DNA of 63,936 nucleotides, counting the filler, from Octopus bimaculoides (taxonomy: Eukaryota), in assembly GCF_001194135.2 (NCBI RefSeq). It is 7 parts of 6 records of this genome, joined end to end, with 100 filler letters (N's around TTAATTAATTAA, not from the genome) between each part and the next. Parts side by side here need not be neighbours in the genome. Positions count along the whole stretch, not along the records: positions 13,123 to 31,278 come from NC_068995.1; 6 more parts are not named here. One strand, 5' to 3'. Below the pieces are notes generated by a model. The model did not search any database and was not told where the DNA came from. It saw only the letters and a program-made list of their open reading frames with translations. Position 1 is the first letter of the stretch. Each line of letters begins with the position of its first letter. The translations under genes were made by a program, and so were the position numbers. This document shows, piece by piece, positions 14,681-28,952 of the stretch.

Positions 14681-17600
14681 CCCAATTATTATTGAACCCA
14701 ACTTCCTAAAGTTAATTATAATCATCTCATTACAATTTCTATATATTTCCTCTGAATATTGTTATTCGGACGTATACCTCATTAACGGTAAAGCAAAGCA
14801 AAAATATTTCAGAGTAGTTTTATGAATGCTCGCTGGACATCGCAGAGTGTCTCTCACGGACGGATATCTTCGAACCGACCAACTCACATATTTTAATATA
14901 TATACTTGCTTCTCTCTATTCACCATTCTCTCTCCCTCTAACTCACTCTCTCTTTCACTCACACACACGCGCAATGCTTTTCAATATTTGTGGGAATATA
15001 CATTTGTCTTACGAAAGCATTGTCTTTCTTCTTTCGTTTCTGTTTCTAAAGGTATTTAAAATGTAAATATGGTACCTGGTTTAGATATTTTGTCTCTAAG
15101 ACTATTTCTGTTAAACTGACAACGATATGCATCCAGCTTTTGGATATTCTCCGCCCAGTCATGAGCGTACAGGACTTTCTAAATATTTTGAACAAATGCG
15201 CATGATACTAATCACATGACAATAATAATAACCAGTTATTTCAGTGAATATATGAGGTGAAATTTACAAAGAAACGATGCAATATTATGTTCAGTAAGTT
15301 TTTCTACTCTCTCTGCCATGTTGTAATATAAGTATGACCTCTTCAGAGCAAGAATTAATATTCAGAATATGAATTAATCATCAGAGACACCATCTACGAC
15401 TCTGACTGAAAGTTATAAAACATATCTTAATTGATTATAAAAACAAATTACTATAATTTAGTCATTTAATTTCCAAGAAGAAAATGCCCTCCACTATTTC
15501 TTCAAGTTATTATAATATATGTTGGCTTGCGAGCTCTTCAAAAGCTTCCATATCTTTATATACATACATGTATGCATGCATATATACATACATACAGACA
15601 TTCATACATACATACATACATACATACATACATACATACATACTTGCATACATACATATGAAATATGAGAAAAAGAATTTAATTCACGAAACTCTTCAAG
15701 ACGATCGTTTCGACCCATCACGCAGTGTTGCCTTGTAGGTGAGATGATGTACAAAGAGTCATAGTGTATCGTATGTGTAGATGTGTCACCTGATACCTGT
15801 CTGTATACTGTTTTATTTTGAACGGACTTTAAACATCACACTACAAACTGTATACCCGAACATAAACTTATATATATATNNNNNNNNNNNNNNNNNNNNN
15901 NNNNNNNNNNNNNNNNNNNNNNNNNNNNNNNNNNNNNNNNNNNNNNNNNNNNNNNNNNNNNNNNNNNNNNNNNNNNNNNNNNNNNNNTATATATAGTAAC
16001 ATAAACTGTTATGCACCAATTTAGAAATTAGGAAAAGTCTCTGTTGGACGTATGTCTAAGTCTTACTTAAAATACCTGCCAAAGAGATTACTTTAAAATT
16101 ACATTTCCCCCTCACAGCATGCATATTTCTAATTGAGATGAACAAAAGTATCAAAGTTGTCTCCCCTTCCTCGTTTGATCGTCTGAAGTTTGATCATTGA
16201 ACTGAGAATCATAAATAATGTGTACATTGCTTAAAATATTATGTGAAGTGGAACATATTTTCTGTGTCTATCTGTCTATCTGTTTGTTTGTCTGTCTACT
16301 TTGTTTACGCCCTTCTCTCTCTCACTTTTATAGACACACACACATCCACAAACTCACACACAGGTTTATATATATAAATGTGTGTGTGTGTGTGTGTGTG
16401 TGTGTGGTGGAGGTATGCATGTATATTTCATATGGTACTTATGTGTACTTTCTATGTGTGTGCATGTATATGTGTGTAAGTATATATATGCATATTTATG
16501 TACACGGATTCATACGTACACTTATTTTGCGTGTATGTGTCTGATTATATTCCAATGTGCAAATGTATGTGTGTGTATGAGTGTTTGTGAACGTGTGTGT
16601 GTTGCGTGTTTTTGTGTATGTATGTGGGTGTGTATGAGTGTGCGCGTTTCTGTGTGTGTATTCGTCTACATACATTTCTTTGAAAAATTAGTGTGACTGA
16701 AGGCAGTCAGCGAGTGCAAGAGAGTAAATGATTTATTCAAGGATAAATGATTATATACAACGTGAAACCTCTCAGCAATCTAAACTGAAAGATAACATGC
16801 GACATTTGGAATCAAGAAAACTTATTACATTACAGAGTTCATCATGCTGTGTGTGAGGTGCGCTGATAACAATAGCGACAAAAAGCAGTTATAACAGGTA
16901 CAAAACACCACCCTCCAGGGTCAAACATTAAAAAGAGATTGATCAAGGTCTACTGACAAATAATAATGGGTAAACTTGTTTTGGTGAAGTCATCAAGTGA
17001 AGATGCAAGAGGACAAAGAAATAACAATGAGATTTGATGAGAAGTTTTTAAGATGAATGTATTAGACTGGAAGTAGGTTGGTGGTGGTGATGAGGGGGAG
17101 AGTAGAAGGAGGAGACATACTGCAGATATCAATGTAAATTTTGAATCTGTAGACGTGATGCGATGTGTAGAAAACAGAAAAAAAGACATGTGTAAATGTG
17201 TAATATGATATTGTTTCGGGGTGCAACGTAAAAGGATTAAGTATGGTAACATCTAGTGCTGAAAAATAATAATTAATACTCTCGTATTGACTTACTGTGA
17301 TCTAGAGAAAATAAGAGAAAAAGAAAGAGAAACATCGTGAGAAAGAAAGGGGATAAGAAAGTGTGAGTGTAAGAGAATTTGAGCGGGAGAGAAAATGGGA
17401 GAAAAAAATTATACGTATATATTGGTTGCTGTGTATAATTATCAAGGAAAAGATATATCTTCACTTGCTACTTGCTTTCCCCGCGTAATATAATGACACA
17501 ACTTGATACAGTGTAATGAAAGCCAAACGTTTCAGAAATTTCTTGTATTTGTTGTTGTTTTCCAATCGAATCTATTGTTACATTTTGTTGTTATTGTATG

Positions 17601-18059
17601 TGTCATTATTTTTATTTTGTTCTTTACTGAAATATTCATTCTATTGTTTTTGTTCAGTTGCTGTGGTTTGGAATTCTGTGCAACCATTAAAGAAATTTGA
17701 GATTCCTTCACGGAAATGGTTGATCATTGATTTAGAAATACAAATAACATGGTTATTCACGTGGAAAAGAGATAGACCTAATGATAAGAGCATACATGTC
17801 TTCATCAAATGCTTGTTACGAGCCAGATGACGAGAACATTAACCACTTGTTTCGTTGACAAAAATTAATTGAATACATCGCGGAGGCGAATCATTGACAC
17901 AGGAATACGTACTAATATTCCATTCATACAAAAATATTGCACTAAGTTTTTATGAAACAAAACTGGGTACTTCTACGCAACTAATGAGTCTGTTAAAATA
18001 GCAGCTAAATTTCCCTCTCACAAGTAATTTGCATTTTTCAAAACTAGATACGGTAAATT

Positions 18060-18754
18060 ATTTTTCAGGTAGTTGTCTAGGCTAATTTTGGCAATCTTCT
18101 TTGTTAATGCCAGTTGTAAAAGTGCACGGCCTCCCTCTTTTCTTGGCAGATAAAGTCGTTCTATATCTGCCTTAGGGTTGTGCATTCTATGCATTGTCAA
18201 CAGTTTTCGTATTTTTCTTTCAAGATTACATATTTCAGTATTTAAACAGTGAATGATGTTGAAACTGTAAATCACGACTTGTATGGCTAAAGCATTGATC
18301 ACTTCGATCCTGTTTCTTGCATTCAGCTCTCTCGTAAGAATTGCTCTCACGCTGCGATAACATTGTCTTCTGATCCTTTCCCTCATCACCGAATGCCTGA
18401 TTCCGTCCCATTCAAGAATCCCTAGGTGTTTGTAGCTCTCCGCTGGTTCTGACTGTTTTATGACATTTTGCTGGTCAAGGTTAACGTTAGATGTTTCGGT
18501 CAATTTTCCTTTGATGAAGGTAGCTTTTGCACATTTATCGAGGTCAAATTGCATACTGATGTCATCACAGAATTGTTTAACAGTGGCTTGAAAGCCGTGT
18601 AGATTTTTGTAATTCTTTTGCAAAGTGCTTTAAATCATCCATGTAACTGAGATGATTTATATTTTTTATCAATATTTTATAATCGTACTGTACACCATGC
18701 AGCAATTTTGAGAGAGGTATTAAGGCTAGACAAAAGAGGAGTGGTGATAATAAA
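18060..18754 (-). mobile_element. R4/Dong-like (RLE clade) non-LTR retrotransposon, internal RT/thumb fragment
   Basis: Translation reads LLSPLLFCLALIPL..., NHLSYMDDLKHF, QFDLDKCAKATFIKGKL, YKHLG, ELNARNRIEVINALAIQVVIYSF and HNPKADIERLYLPRKEGGR. The 5' end abuts (TAA)n at 18758-18840. Confidence 0.9.
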
Positions 18755-18757
18755 TTG

Positions 18758-18775
18758 TTATTATTATTATTACTA

Positions 18776-18840
<65 letters not shown>
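18758..18840. repeat. (TTA)n/(TAA)n microsatellite at the 5' junction of an R4-like fragment
   Basis: Direct. Confidence 0.95.
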
Positions 18841-19783
18841 TAAAAATCAACAGCAAATATTATAAAGCCTACTTATCGATATTATTACAATTTTCACAGC
18901 GATTTGTATCATCTTTTCATGTAGCACACTTTTGAACTTTGTCAAACATAAAGAAATTGACGTTAAGTTTGTAAAAAAATGGAACTTAAATATTTCCTAT
19001 ATTTCTCTCTCGCCGAAGGGATGGAGAACGGAAATCGAACCTGAGATCCTGTCTCGGTTCGATTTACCTAAGAAAGCGTAAATGCACGTATGAATAGTAT
19101 TAAACGCCGTTATATCAATATAGATGCGATTATTCACCAACGCATTCAGCTATATAGTTAAAAACTGACATGACTAATTTCAGTCAAGTTAATAGGCATT
19201 TACTGGATGTGACACAATGTGTTGTGCACCATGTGTAAATAAAACATGGTCCGATAGACAGTAACAATATAATGAATAGATGTAAATTTCTTGTAGATGC
19301 CTTGCTTATTTGTTCCAAAATTAGTACTATTCAATACTTTAGTAACATATACGTAAAGATTGCCTTTTCATTTTCACTCTTGTGAATATATTCTAACTTA
19401 TTTAATATTGGATATAGATTAATTTATCTAATACATCTGTAAGCTCAAAATAGAAAGAAGGTTTATTACTACTATCATTGGATATAGAATAATTTCACAC
19501 TAACACAGGCAATCAGAATCCCGTGCTATAAATTCAACGTCTGGAATAATATACGAGTAGATCGGCTACAAATCTACCTGAAAGAATCGTATGTCATCTT
19601 GGAATGTGCAATATATACCGGAGAATGTAAAGATTACTATGATGGTAGGAACTCAAATTTTCTCGATAAGGGCTTCATTTTCTTGAAGAATATATATGTG
19701 TATATATATATGCGTATGATTGTGCGTACATACATACATATGCATTTGTGTATGCATACATACGTGAGTTAAGATAAATACAT

Positions 19784-19828
<45 letters not shown>

Positions 19829-22800
19829 CAGATATAGTGACGTACCGTGTGTTTGAGCGAACGTGTATGTGTATATACATGTACATATGTATATATGCTG
19901 TTACGGCTTTCCGTCAACACGATGATAGCGCTTATCTTCTTTGCCTTCATCACAATAGCATGCTTTATGCGTATGCAGAATACGATTATGAAACAATATG
20001 TGATAAACAGACCCTAAGAAAAACCAGGCATGAATGAATTGCATTGTTGGCACTCAACAATTGAATTAGATGTAGGGGAAACGTTGATATTCATTTCTTC
20101 TGGAGCTATTACATTCAAACCTACACACAGCTACATTTTTCGATTTCCAGTACAACTTTTAAAGAGCTTGACAGAAATTGCACAGCTAATACGGAAGCAC
20201 ATTAACTATGGATGAGAGCAATAGCTTAACATACATTACAGAATGATTTTTGGCCGATGGGTCACCTCTTTAAGTATTTCAAGCCCAGCGTAGATAACAA
20301 TGCATCGCATAATCATCGTTTGAAGTCTAACAGATTCCAAGAATCTCTACAATAATTCTAATATAAATAGTGTACTCGTACCAGAAATATCCTATTCTGC
20401 AATGACAAGATGCATGAAAAATTCAGCTTCTAACTTTGACCAACTATCAGCGTATATATGCGCATGCTCATTTGTCATTCGTACATCATTGCATACGCCA
20501 CTGATTAGGCACAAGCACATTCGACTACAAAATATAGGTGCCTGCAATTTGTATGTAAATCTCTGTGTGTATGTGCATGAATATATATATATATATATAN
20601 NNNNNNNNNNNNNNNNNNNNNNNNNNNNNNNNNNNNNNNNNNNNNNNNNNNNNNNNNNNNNNNNNNNNNNNNNNNNNNNNNNNNNNNNNNNNNNNNNNNN
20701 NNNNNNNNNNNNNNNNNNNNNNNNNNNNNNNNNNNNNNNNNNNNNNNNNNNNNNNNNNNNNNNNNNNNNNNNNNNNNNNNNNNNNNNNNNNNNNNNNNNN
20801 NNNNNNNNNNNNNNNNNNNNNNNNNNNNNNNNNNNNNNNNNNNNNNNNNNNNNNNNNNNNNNNNNNNNNNNNNNNNNNNNNNNNNNNNNNNNNNNNNNNN
20901 NNNNNNNNNNNNNNNNNNNNNNNNNNNNNNNNNNNNNNNNNNNNNNNNNNNNNNNNNNNNNNNNNNNNNNNNNNNNNNNNNNNNNATATATATATATATA
21001 TATACACATATATATAGTTAAATCCCCTAAAAACGAGGAAAAGAACAAGAAAAAAGCAATAACTCGAGCACGTGGTAAATGCAAAGTATCAGCAGACGTT
21101 CAGAGCAGTAAAGAAAAGTAGTTTTACTTTTCTAGCAAAGCTCTTCGTCAGAAACAGGAGAGAAAAGGAAGACAGAAAAAATCGCCGAAGTTCCACACAC
21201 ACACACACACACTTTTATACATGCAATAACTGTATAGCCCGTCGTTGCCGGGCAATTTTTAGAATATAATATCGTATTTAAATTTTTGTTTATTCCATGT
21301 TAGACTATGCCCTCCCCGAGACATAAGCCGCGTGATCAAGACATATTTGAGCAATTGTTCGCCAAAAGCATCGGTTGAGGACATTTATCATTCTTATATT
21401 ATTTATATATCTGTTCGACCGTTTCACATGAATTTATTCATTAAGACTTATTAAATCTTCAGAAGTTCTTACAACTTTAGTCATCGTAATGACTTGCTTT
21501 CGTTTGTTTAATAAAATAATTCATCCTAATGCTTTTGCTTCCATTTTGTGATAGACATCTATCATGTAGAAAATGTCAGCTTCCAGATCCTGTTTTCTGA
21601 TTAGGTAAAATTGATTAAGCCTTAAATTTGCAATTTTTCTGCCAGAAATAAATGACAAAATTGAATTTAACATCGAAAATTATTTCAATATACCAAATGA
21701 TAAAATTTTGAGGTAATTTTAAAATCTCACAATAGGTGACAGCAACAAGTAAGACCCTACAATATTGAGAGACAGACAGTAATAGAACGTGACGCTTGTA
21801 CACAAACACACACACATTGACAAACAGACACACAGGTAATCACAGAAGTGTAATGGTGTATAGTATACATACGTATGTAAGTATATAAGTGTGTATGTAT
21901 ATATATATGTATGTGTGTGTATCTGTGTGTGTATGCTTCTTCGTGATGGAGAGCAGAAAAGTCACCTACCCGACTCTCTCTTTAAAGCTACGTATTTCTC
22001 ATATTTCTCATATTTCTCTCCCTTCCTCGATGTTTTACAAGTTACGTAGGCTGTGCGTGCGTGTGTGTAATTCAAAGCATGTATGCAGGGTCTCCTGTGT
22101 ATGGCAGCTGCATTAACGTTACTATCCCATTGCCACTCAATATTTGTTGATTACAAAACGCTGCCCTACCCTTCAGTCGCACTTACTTCTTCTAATACAG
22201 CTCCCACAAGCTGATACTCTATGCACCCTTCTCATTATATCACATTACTCCCCCAACCCCCGTAGGAAGCGTATTATCTACTTTTATTGAAATCCGATTA
22301 GCCTATTATTGAAACGGATATTAGTGTAACATGTATGCAAAGTTTCATGATGATTGATTCACTGGTTTAGGTAGGAAAATGGTGTGCTTACAAGTCTTGT
22401 ATATTATAATAGGCTATTCGTTATACGTCATTCCACAATCCAAAATGCCAACTTAAAGCATCATTAATGAATCATCCTTATTTGCAGGACCAAATATTAT
22501 AACGAATAAATAAAGGTGTGTTAAAGAAACTTTTTTGTCTTTTTTTTTATCATTTAGCTATCATAGAGCTATCACCTATACGTTTCTCTGTAGACAAAAA
22601 AAACAAAAAAACAAAAAAAAAAACATTGAAAAATTAAAATTCGGTGTTTTTGAATATAAACTTAACTGGAGTCGAAACTGATCAGACCAAACTTACATTT
22701 CATGTCCACTGAGAAATCTAGAATAATATATTTATCCAGTGTATTCGATTAAACTTGATGTTGCTCAGTAAGAAAATTGCACTCTTCGACACTGTATACT

Positions 22801-23807
22801 GTACGTTATGTTTTAGCAGTTGTAAACGTGCTGCTTGATCTCCTAGTTAATTAATATGCAAGTACATATACAAAAAAAATATATGCATTTTCAGAATAGT
22901 TGATTAAACTACAAATCGCTCTTTCTTTGGCACTTCACGTTCGGTTGTTATCTAGTTCATGTTCGGATGCTATCAAGTTCATCGATCCATTGAGTCTGCA
23001 GGTGGCATTTGGATAAGTATACTGAGGAATGAATGACATTCTTGTGTCAAAAAAAAAAAAAATCTCGGAAATAAGCAGCACTTTCAAGACGGATCCAATA
23101 TCATTGTTATTCTTTCCTGTAAAATGAGTGTGCTACGCCATTTAAACACTATGTGAGGTCAATAGGATATTAGAAAGAGCAGCAAAGACTTTGTAAAATC
23201 ACACACCACCATTTTTTCGGATAAAAGAAAAAGAAGAGGGAGGTTATTCTCATTGATACACCTAAAACACAAGGGTCAACATTGTGACTCCTGTGATGAC
23301 GGATGGAACACTTATATGATTAGGGAGGAATTTCAAAATTTATGCAGGCCTATCCTCTCTTTTAAGAATTATGACCGAAAAGAGTCTGACATCGCCATTT
23401 CTCGAGAAAAGAATTGTGACTTTCACTCGATTTTTATTGCTGAATGAACTGAGGATATATCAGCTAAATGCTACTGTTAGGGATGCGTAAATAATCGAAT
23501 ACGGATTCTCAAGCGGTGCGGGCAAATATTGGCACAAGGTCACACACACATAAGCACACACACATGAACATACAAACACACACACGCGCACATAGGAAGA
23601 CACACACATACACACACACGCGTTTATTCACGACGGGCTTACACATACTTTCTGCCAAAAATATGAATTTCAATTACACACGACTAATAATATATTCATT
23701 TATGAGGCATTTGTATGTATGTACGTATTATGTATGTATGTATATAATTTAATGCTTATAAAATTATACATTTGCATACCTTACATGAATACATATAAAT
23801 ATATACT

Positions 23808-23841
<34 letters not shown>

Positions 23842-24315
23842 ATTATATATNNNNNNNNNNNNNNNNNNNNTATATATATATATATATATATGTCTACATA
23901 TGTATGTATGTGTGTATATATAAATATATTTGACCCTATTGTAATTGAGGTTGCCAAGAAAATATTTGGAAAAATGTTGAGTGTTTAGCAAACCAAATTC
24001 TTGTCTCTGTTGGATTCGAAGTCAATTTTTTCCGTCACTAATGTATAATTTCATCATTTTAAATTTTAAAATTAAAATTTGATGTGTATAATAGGGCTAA
24101 ATGAGTAATGATACATTTCAGTAGTTGCTTATTTTAACGAGCTGCGTAAATATATGAGAAGGAGAGCCATTCCAGCAGTTCTTTAAGGTATTGAGAATAT
24201 TTTATTTTAAGTTGTAGATTTAATCACATTTCGTTAATTTCAATTCATGTCACACTTCTCCAAGTTTCACTTTGATTTGAAAAAATTTATTCTATTCTTG
24301 ATTTTTGTGATATCT

Positions 24316-24546
24316 TATTTTTTTATTGCCCACAAGGGGCTAAAAACAGAGGGGACAAACAAGGACGGACCAAGTGCTTAAATCGATTATATCGATCCCA
24401 GTGCGTAACAGGTACTTAATTTATCGACCCCGAAAGGATGAAAGGCAAAGTCGACTTCGGCGAAATTTGAACTCAGAACGTAACGACAGACGAAATATCG
24501 CTATACATTTCTCCGGGCTTGATAGCGATTCTGCCAACTCGCTGCC
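24316..24546 (-). mobile_element. SINE family A, full-length, with tail type 1 (..TTGTTTGTCCCCTCTG.TTTAGCCCCTTGTGGGCAATAAA)
   Basis: Same head and body as 10590-10797 but a different 3' tail. Confidence 0.9.
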
Positions 24547-25361
24547 TTTGTGATATCTAATGATGGATATCGATGTGTATGAACCTTGATTTTGTTAAGT
24601 AACTCCGGAGGATTAAACAGGCAAATATACTTGACTTTGTGTTACTCATTTTGCCCCATATAAATTTATCTTTTGTACGCCAAAAGAGAGATGAAATAAA
24701 TTTCTGAAAAAGTGTTCTAAATCTGATGGGGCTTTCAATGCATTTATAGAAGGTCATTTACTTAGTTGATATAGATTTGTAATATAGTCAACATTTGTAA
24801 TTTGTTTTCTCAAATTCGAAAATGTAGTAAATATTACACATTGTGTCCCACCTCCTCTTTATATATATGAATAGTTATTTACTTAGAGGCTCATTATGCA
24901 CATTTGTACATACACGCGTATATATGCAAAGATATATCAATCTACATGTTTCTCGAAGACGTTTTGATGGAGAAAATCTTTTAGAACTATGTAGATGTCC
25001 ATCAAAACCTATAGTCAATTTCTTATGCATTTTAATTGTTTTCGACGGTAATCTTTCCTATATATATGGAAATGCATTCCTATATAAATTTGTATTTTAT
25101 GTTAGAAACTCTGAGGAAGTTATAAGCTATTACAGAGGCATTCAACTCTGGGTGCACTGCAGTTTATATAAGAAACAGCTCAAAGCTCATTGCATAATTT
25201 CCAGTTCATTCGTCATTTAATTACATACTATATATATATATATATATGGCTAGATGTAGCACTTACCCCACATACACACACGTACTCACTCACACACAAA
25301 CATACATATATATATACATATATACATATACATATACACATACATATATGCATACATACAT

Positions 25362-25412
<51 letters not shown>

Positions 25413-26228
25413 NNNNNNNNNNNNNNNNNNNNNNNNNNNNNNNNNNNNNNNNNNNNNNNNNNNNNNNNNNNNNNNNNNNNNNNNNNNNNNNNNNNNNNNN
25501 NNNNNNNNNNNNNNNNNNNNNNNNNNNNNNNNNNNNNNNNNNNNNNNNNNNNNNNNNNNNNNNNNNNNNNNNNNNNNNNNNNNNNNNNNNNNNNNNNNNN
25601 NNNNNNNNNNNNNNNNNNNNNNNNNNNNNNNNNNNNNNNNNNNNNNNNNNNNNNNNNNNNNNNNNNNNNNNNNNNNNNNNNNNNNNNNNNNNNNNNNNNN
25701 NNNNNNNNNNNNNNNNNNNNNNNNNNNNNNNNNNNNNNNNNNNNNNNNNNNNNNNNNNNNNNNNNNNNNNNNNNNNNNNNNNNNNNNNNNNNNNNNNNNN
25801 NNNNNNNNNNNNNNNNNNNNNNNNNNNNNNNNNNNNNNNNNNNNNNNNNNNNNNNNNNNNNNNNNNNNNNNNNNNNNNNNNNNNNNNNNNNNNNNNNNNN
25901 NNNNNNNNNNNNNNNNNNNNNNNNNNNNNNNNNNNNNNNNNNNNNNNNNNNNNNNNNNNNNNNNNNNNNNNNNNNNNNNNNNNNNNNNNNNNNNNNNNNN
26001 NNNNNNNNNNNNNNNNNNNNNNNNNNNNNNNNNNNNNNNNNNNNNNNNNNNNNNNNNNNNNNNNNNNNNNNNNNNNNNNNNNNNNNNNNNNNNNNNNNNN
26101 NNNNNNNNNNNNNNNNNNNNNNNNNNNNNNNNNNNNNNNNNNNNNNNNNNNNNNNNNNNNNNNNNNNNNNNNNNNNNNNNNNNNNNNNNNNNNNNNNNNN
26201 NNNNNNNNNNNNNNNNNNNNNNNNNNNN

Positions 26229-26261
<33 letters not shown>

Positions 26262-26752
26262 TGTGTGTGTGTGGGTGTGTATGACTGCGGTTTTATATAA
26301 ATATCTACAAAAGGGTATATCTGCACACGCAAACATACACACTGATACACATAGGCATACACACATATATGTATGTGAGTGTGCGTATACGTGGGTAGGT
26401 GTGCGTGTGTGTGTGTGTTTCTTTCTCTTTCTATGTGTGTGTACATTTGTGTGTTTACGTATGTCTATGTACGACATATGTATATGTATTTTTATATTTG
26501 CATACTTGAGTATTGGTTGGTTCTTCGTGAGGATGTGTATATCTCTGTTCTTAAACGGATATATACTGCGTATAAATATAGATATAGACATATTTACTGA
26601 TGCATAATCACATATGTCTCTACGTAGACATCAAACACATTAATTCATTGTGCCTCTTATTTACTATATATAATATTTTTGCATTCATCTTTCTTTCAAT
26701 ACACAAACGTACACTAACACACATACACACAGACACACATTTACAAAAATAC

Positions 26753-26789
<37 letters not shown>

Positions 26790-27424
26790 CTTATATATTA
26801 TATATATATATANNNNNNNNNNNNNNNNNNNNNNNNNNNNNNNNNNNNNNNNNNNNNNNNNNNNNNNNNNNNNNNNNNNNNNNNNNNNNNNNNNTAGTCA
26901 TATCGTTAAATGTATGCAATTTATATATGTGTATTTAGAAACATCTATATATCAAATTTACTTCTGTGTTTTACATTTTTTTTGTTTTTTCTATTTATTA
27001 CATTTTTCTTTCTCGAATGATCGAGCCGTAATAAGATAGTTGCCTAAATTGTTGGTTAGATACGAGGCTATCAATAATGTCAGTAAGAAATTAGAAAAAA
27101 GTGTCAGAATATAAAAAAATATTGACAAATCTCGAAAATCTTTTACTCTTCTTTTTACTGAAGTGAATGTACCTATCACTTCCTCATTTTTAACAATATT
27201 GATTTCTAACATAAGCACGAGGCAAAATATTTTGAAGTACGCTGCTCTCTTACAGAGATCGCCACCTACTTTATCGCTCTAAGACTGACCAAAAGACAAA
27301 ATGATGCGAAAAGGGTGTTGGTAAATATCAAACAATTGCTACTTAGATTTTTCTACTCCACCCAAATTATTTTGAAATTCAGCAGCTCCGAAATAATGTT
27401 GCGAATAAATATTTTGTACAACAA

Positions 27425-27603
27425 GTAGAAGGCCTTAAGTTCGTGGATTGGGCGCTGGTTGATTACATCGACTCCACTGCTCAAACTAATTCTTAATTTA
27501 TCAACGTATGAACGTGAAAGTAGACTTCGGGGAGTTTGAACCCAGAGTGTCCAAAAGGAATAAATGCAACTAAAAATCTCCTATAGCATGCGACCAATTC
27601 TGC
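27425..27603 (-). mobile_element. SINE family A, degenerate copy
   Basis: GATTACATCGAC...TTAATTTATC...AAAGTAGACTTCGG...TTTGAAC...CAATTCTGCC. Confidence 0.6.
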
Positions 27604-28424
27604 CTTCCTCTGATCATAATATAGCGGCGAAAGAATTTGACAAGATCAGTAAATATAAAGACTTGCTAATAGAAATTGAAAAAAATGTGGCACCTCAAGG
27701 CGACTACCATACCATTGATTGTAGGATCTCTAGGAATGATAAAAAAAAAGGTAGTGAAACCTATTTGAAAATGATACCAGGCTTACCATCCCTACAGGAC
27801 GAAGTGCAAAAAATCGTGCTAACTGGAACGACTCATGTACTGATTAGAGCATTATCGCTGTGAAAACAACATCCATTCATGAATTTTTTTTTTTTGTGTT
27901 TTCTTAAATACATGTTTTACCGGTGAATTTGCGTGTGTAAAGTGGGAATACATACAACGAGTTTCTCTGCCCTAGGTGTACGNNNNNNNNNNNNNNNNNN
28001 NNNNNNNNNNNNNNNNNNNNNNNNNNNNNNNNNNNNNNNNNNNNNNNNNNNNNNNNNNNNNNNNNNNNNNNNNNNNNNNNNNNNNNNNNNNNNNNNNNNN
28101 NNNNNNNNNNNNNNNNNNNNNNNNNNNNNNNNNNNNNNNNNNNNNNNNNNNNNNNNNNNNNNNNNNNNNNNNNNNNNNNNNNNNNNNNNNNNNNNNNNNN
28201 NNNNNNNNNNNNNNNNNNNNNNNNNNNNNNNNNNNNNNNNNNNNNNNNNNNNNNNNNTTTTCTTATGGTTTCTTAAATATTCACTTGAACAAAACTGTAC
28301 AAATTCAAATATATGGTACACTAGGCATAACACCTACATGAAATTCTAACTTGTTGTCTCTTGAAGTCTCTGAGTGAGACTTGGATCCAACTTGTACAAA
28401 TGCAAAACAAAAGTCAAACATAAA
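27604..28424 (+). mobile_element. R4/Dong-like subfamily 1, 3' end (RLE C-terminus and 3' UTR, spanning a gap), ending in (TAA)n
   Basis: Translation DHNIAAKEFDKISKYKDLLIEIEK...IPGLPSLQDEVQKIVLTGTTHVLIRALSL* closely matches 29710-29890. Continuity across the gap at 27983-28257 is assumed. Confidence 0.8.
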
Positions 28425-28447
28425 ATAATAATAATAATAATAACAAC

Positions 28448-28524
<77 letters not shown>

Positions 28525-28527
28525 CAA
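28425..28527. repeat. (TAA)n/(CAA)n microsatellite between two R4-like copies
   Basis: Direct. Confidence 0.95.
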
Positions 28528-28951
28528 CAGTTTTATTTGAGAAAGAAAACAAACAATGCTGGATATATGGTGTTAATTGAGAAAAAAAGCGAACGATGCT
28601 GAATCAAAGATATAAGATGCCCCAGTCGACAACAGAGCATGCAATAAAGAAGAAAGAAAAGTCGATGGATATGACATGTTAGCTTGGGAACTTAATCAGT
28701 TGTGGTCGATGAAAAAGGTAGTAGTAGTACCAATAATTGTCGGAGCCCTGGGAACAGTGAGTAAAAATCGTGAGAAGTACAAGGAACAAACAGGGGATGC
28801 AATAAGGGTGGAGCACTTCCAGAAAACAGCACAGCTTGGAACCGCTCCAATACTCCGGATGTTGCTCGAAAAATAATGGGTATTACCGTAGTTCACTGGC
28901 AGTGAGCAGCTGACACCATAGTACATTTACAGCGTTAGAAGCTGCGCAAAG
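28528..28951 (+). mobile_element. R4/Dong-like subfamily 2, 5'-truncated 3' end (RLE C-terminus and 3' UTR)
   Basis: VLFEKENKQCWI...LAWELNQLWSMKKVVVVPIIVGALGTVSKN...EHFQKTAQLGTAPILRMLLEK*. It is colinear with and highly similar to the reverse complement of 56038-56420. Confidence 0.9.
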
Positions 28952-28952
28952 A

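Noticed and set aside
19032-19065. Hairpin AAATCGAACC...GGTTCGATTT, a possible Helitron end or terminator
   Set aside because: No CTRR terminus at the expected distance, and isolated hairpins of this size are expected by chance.
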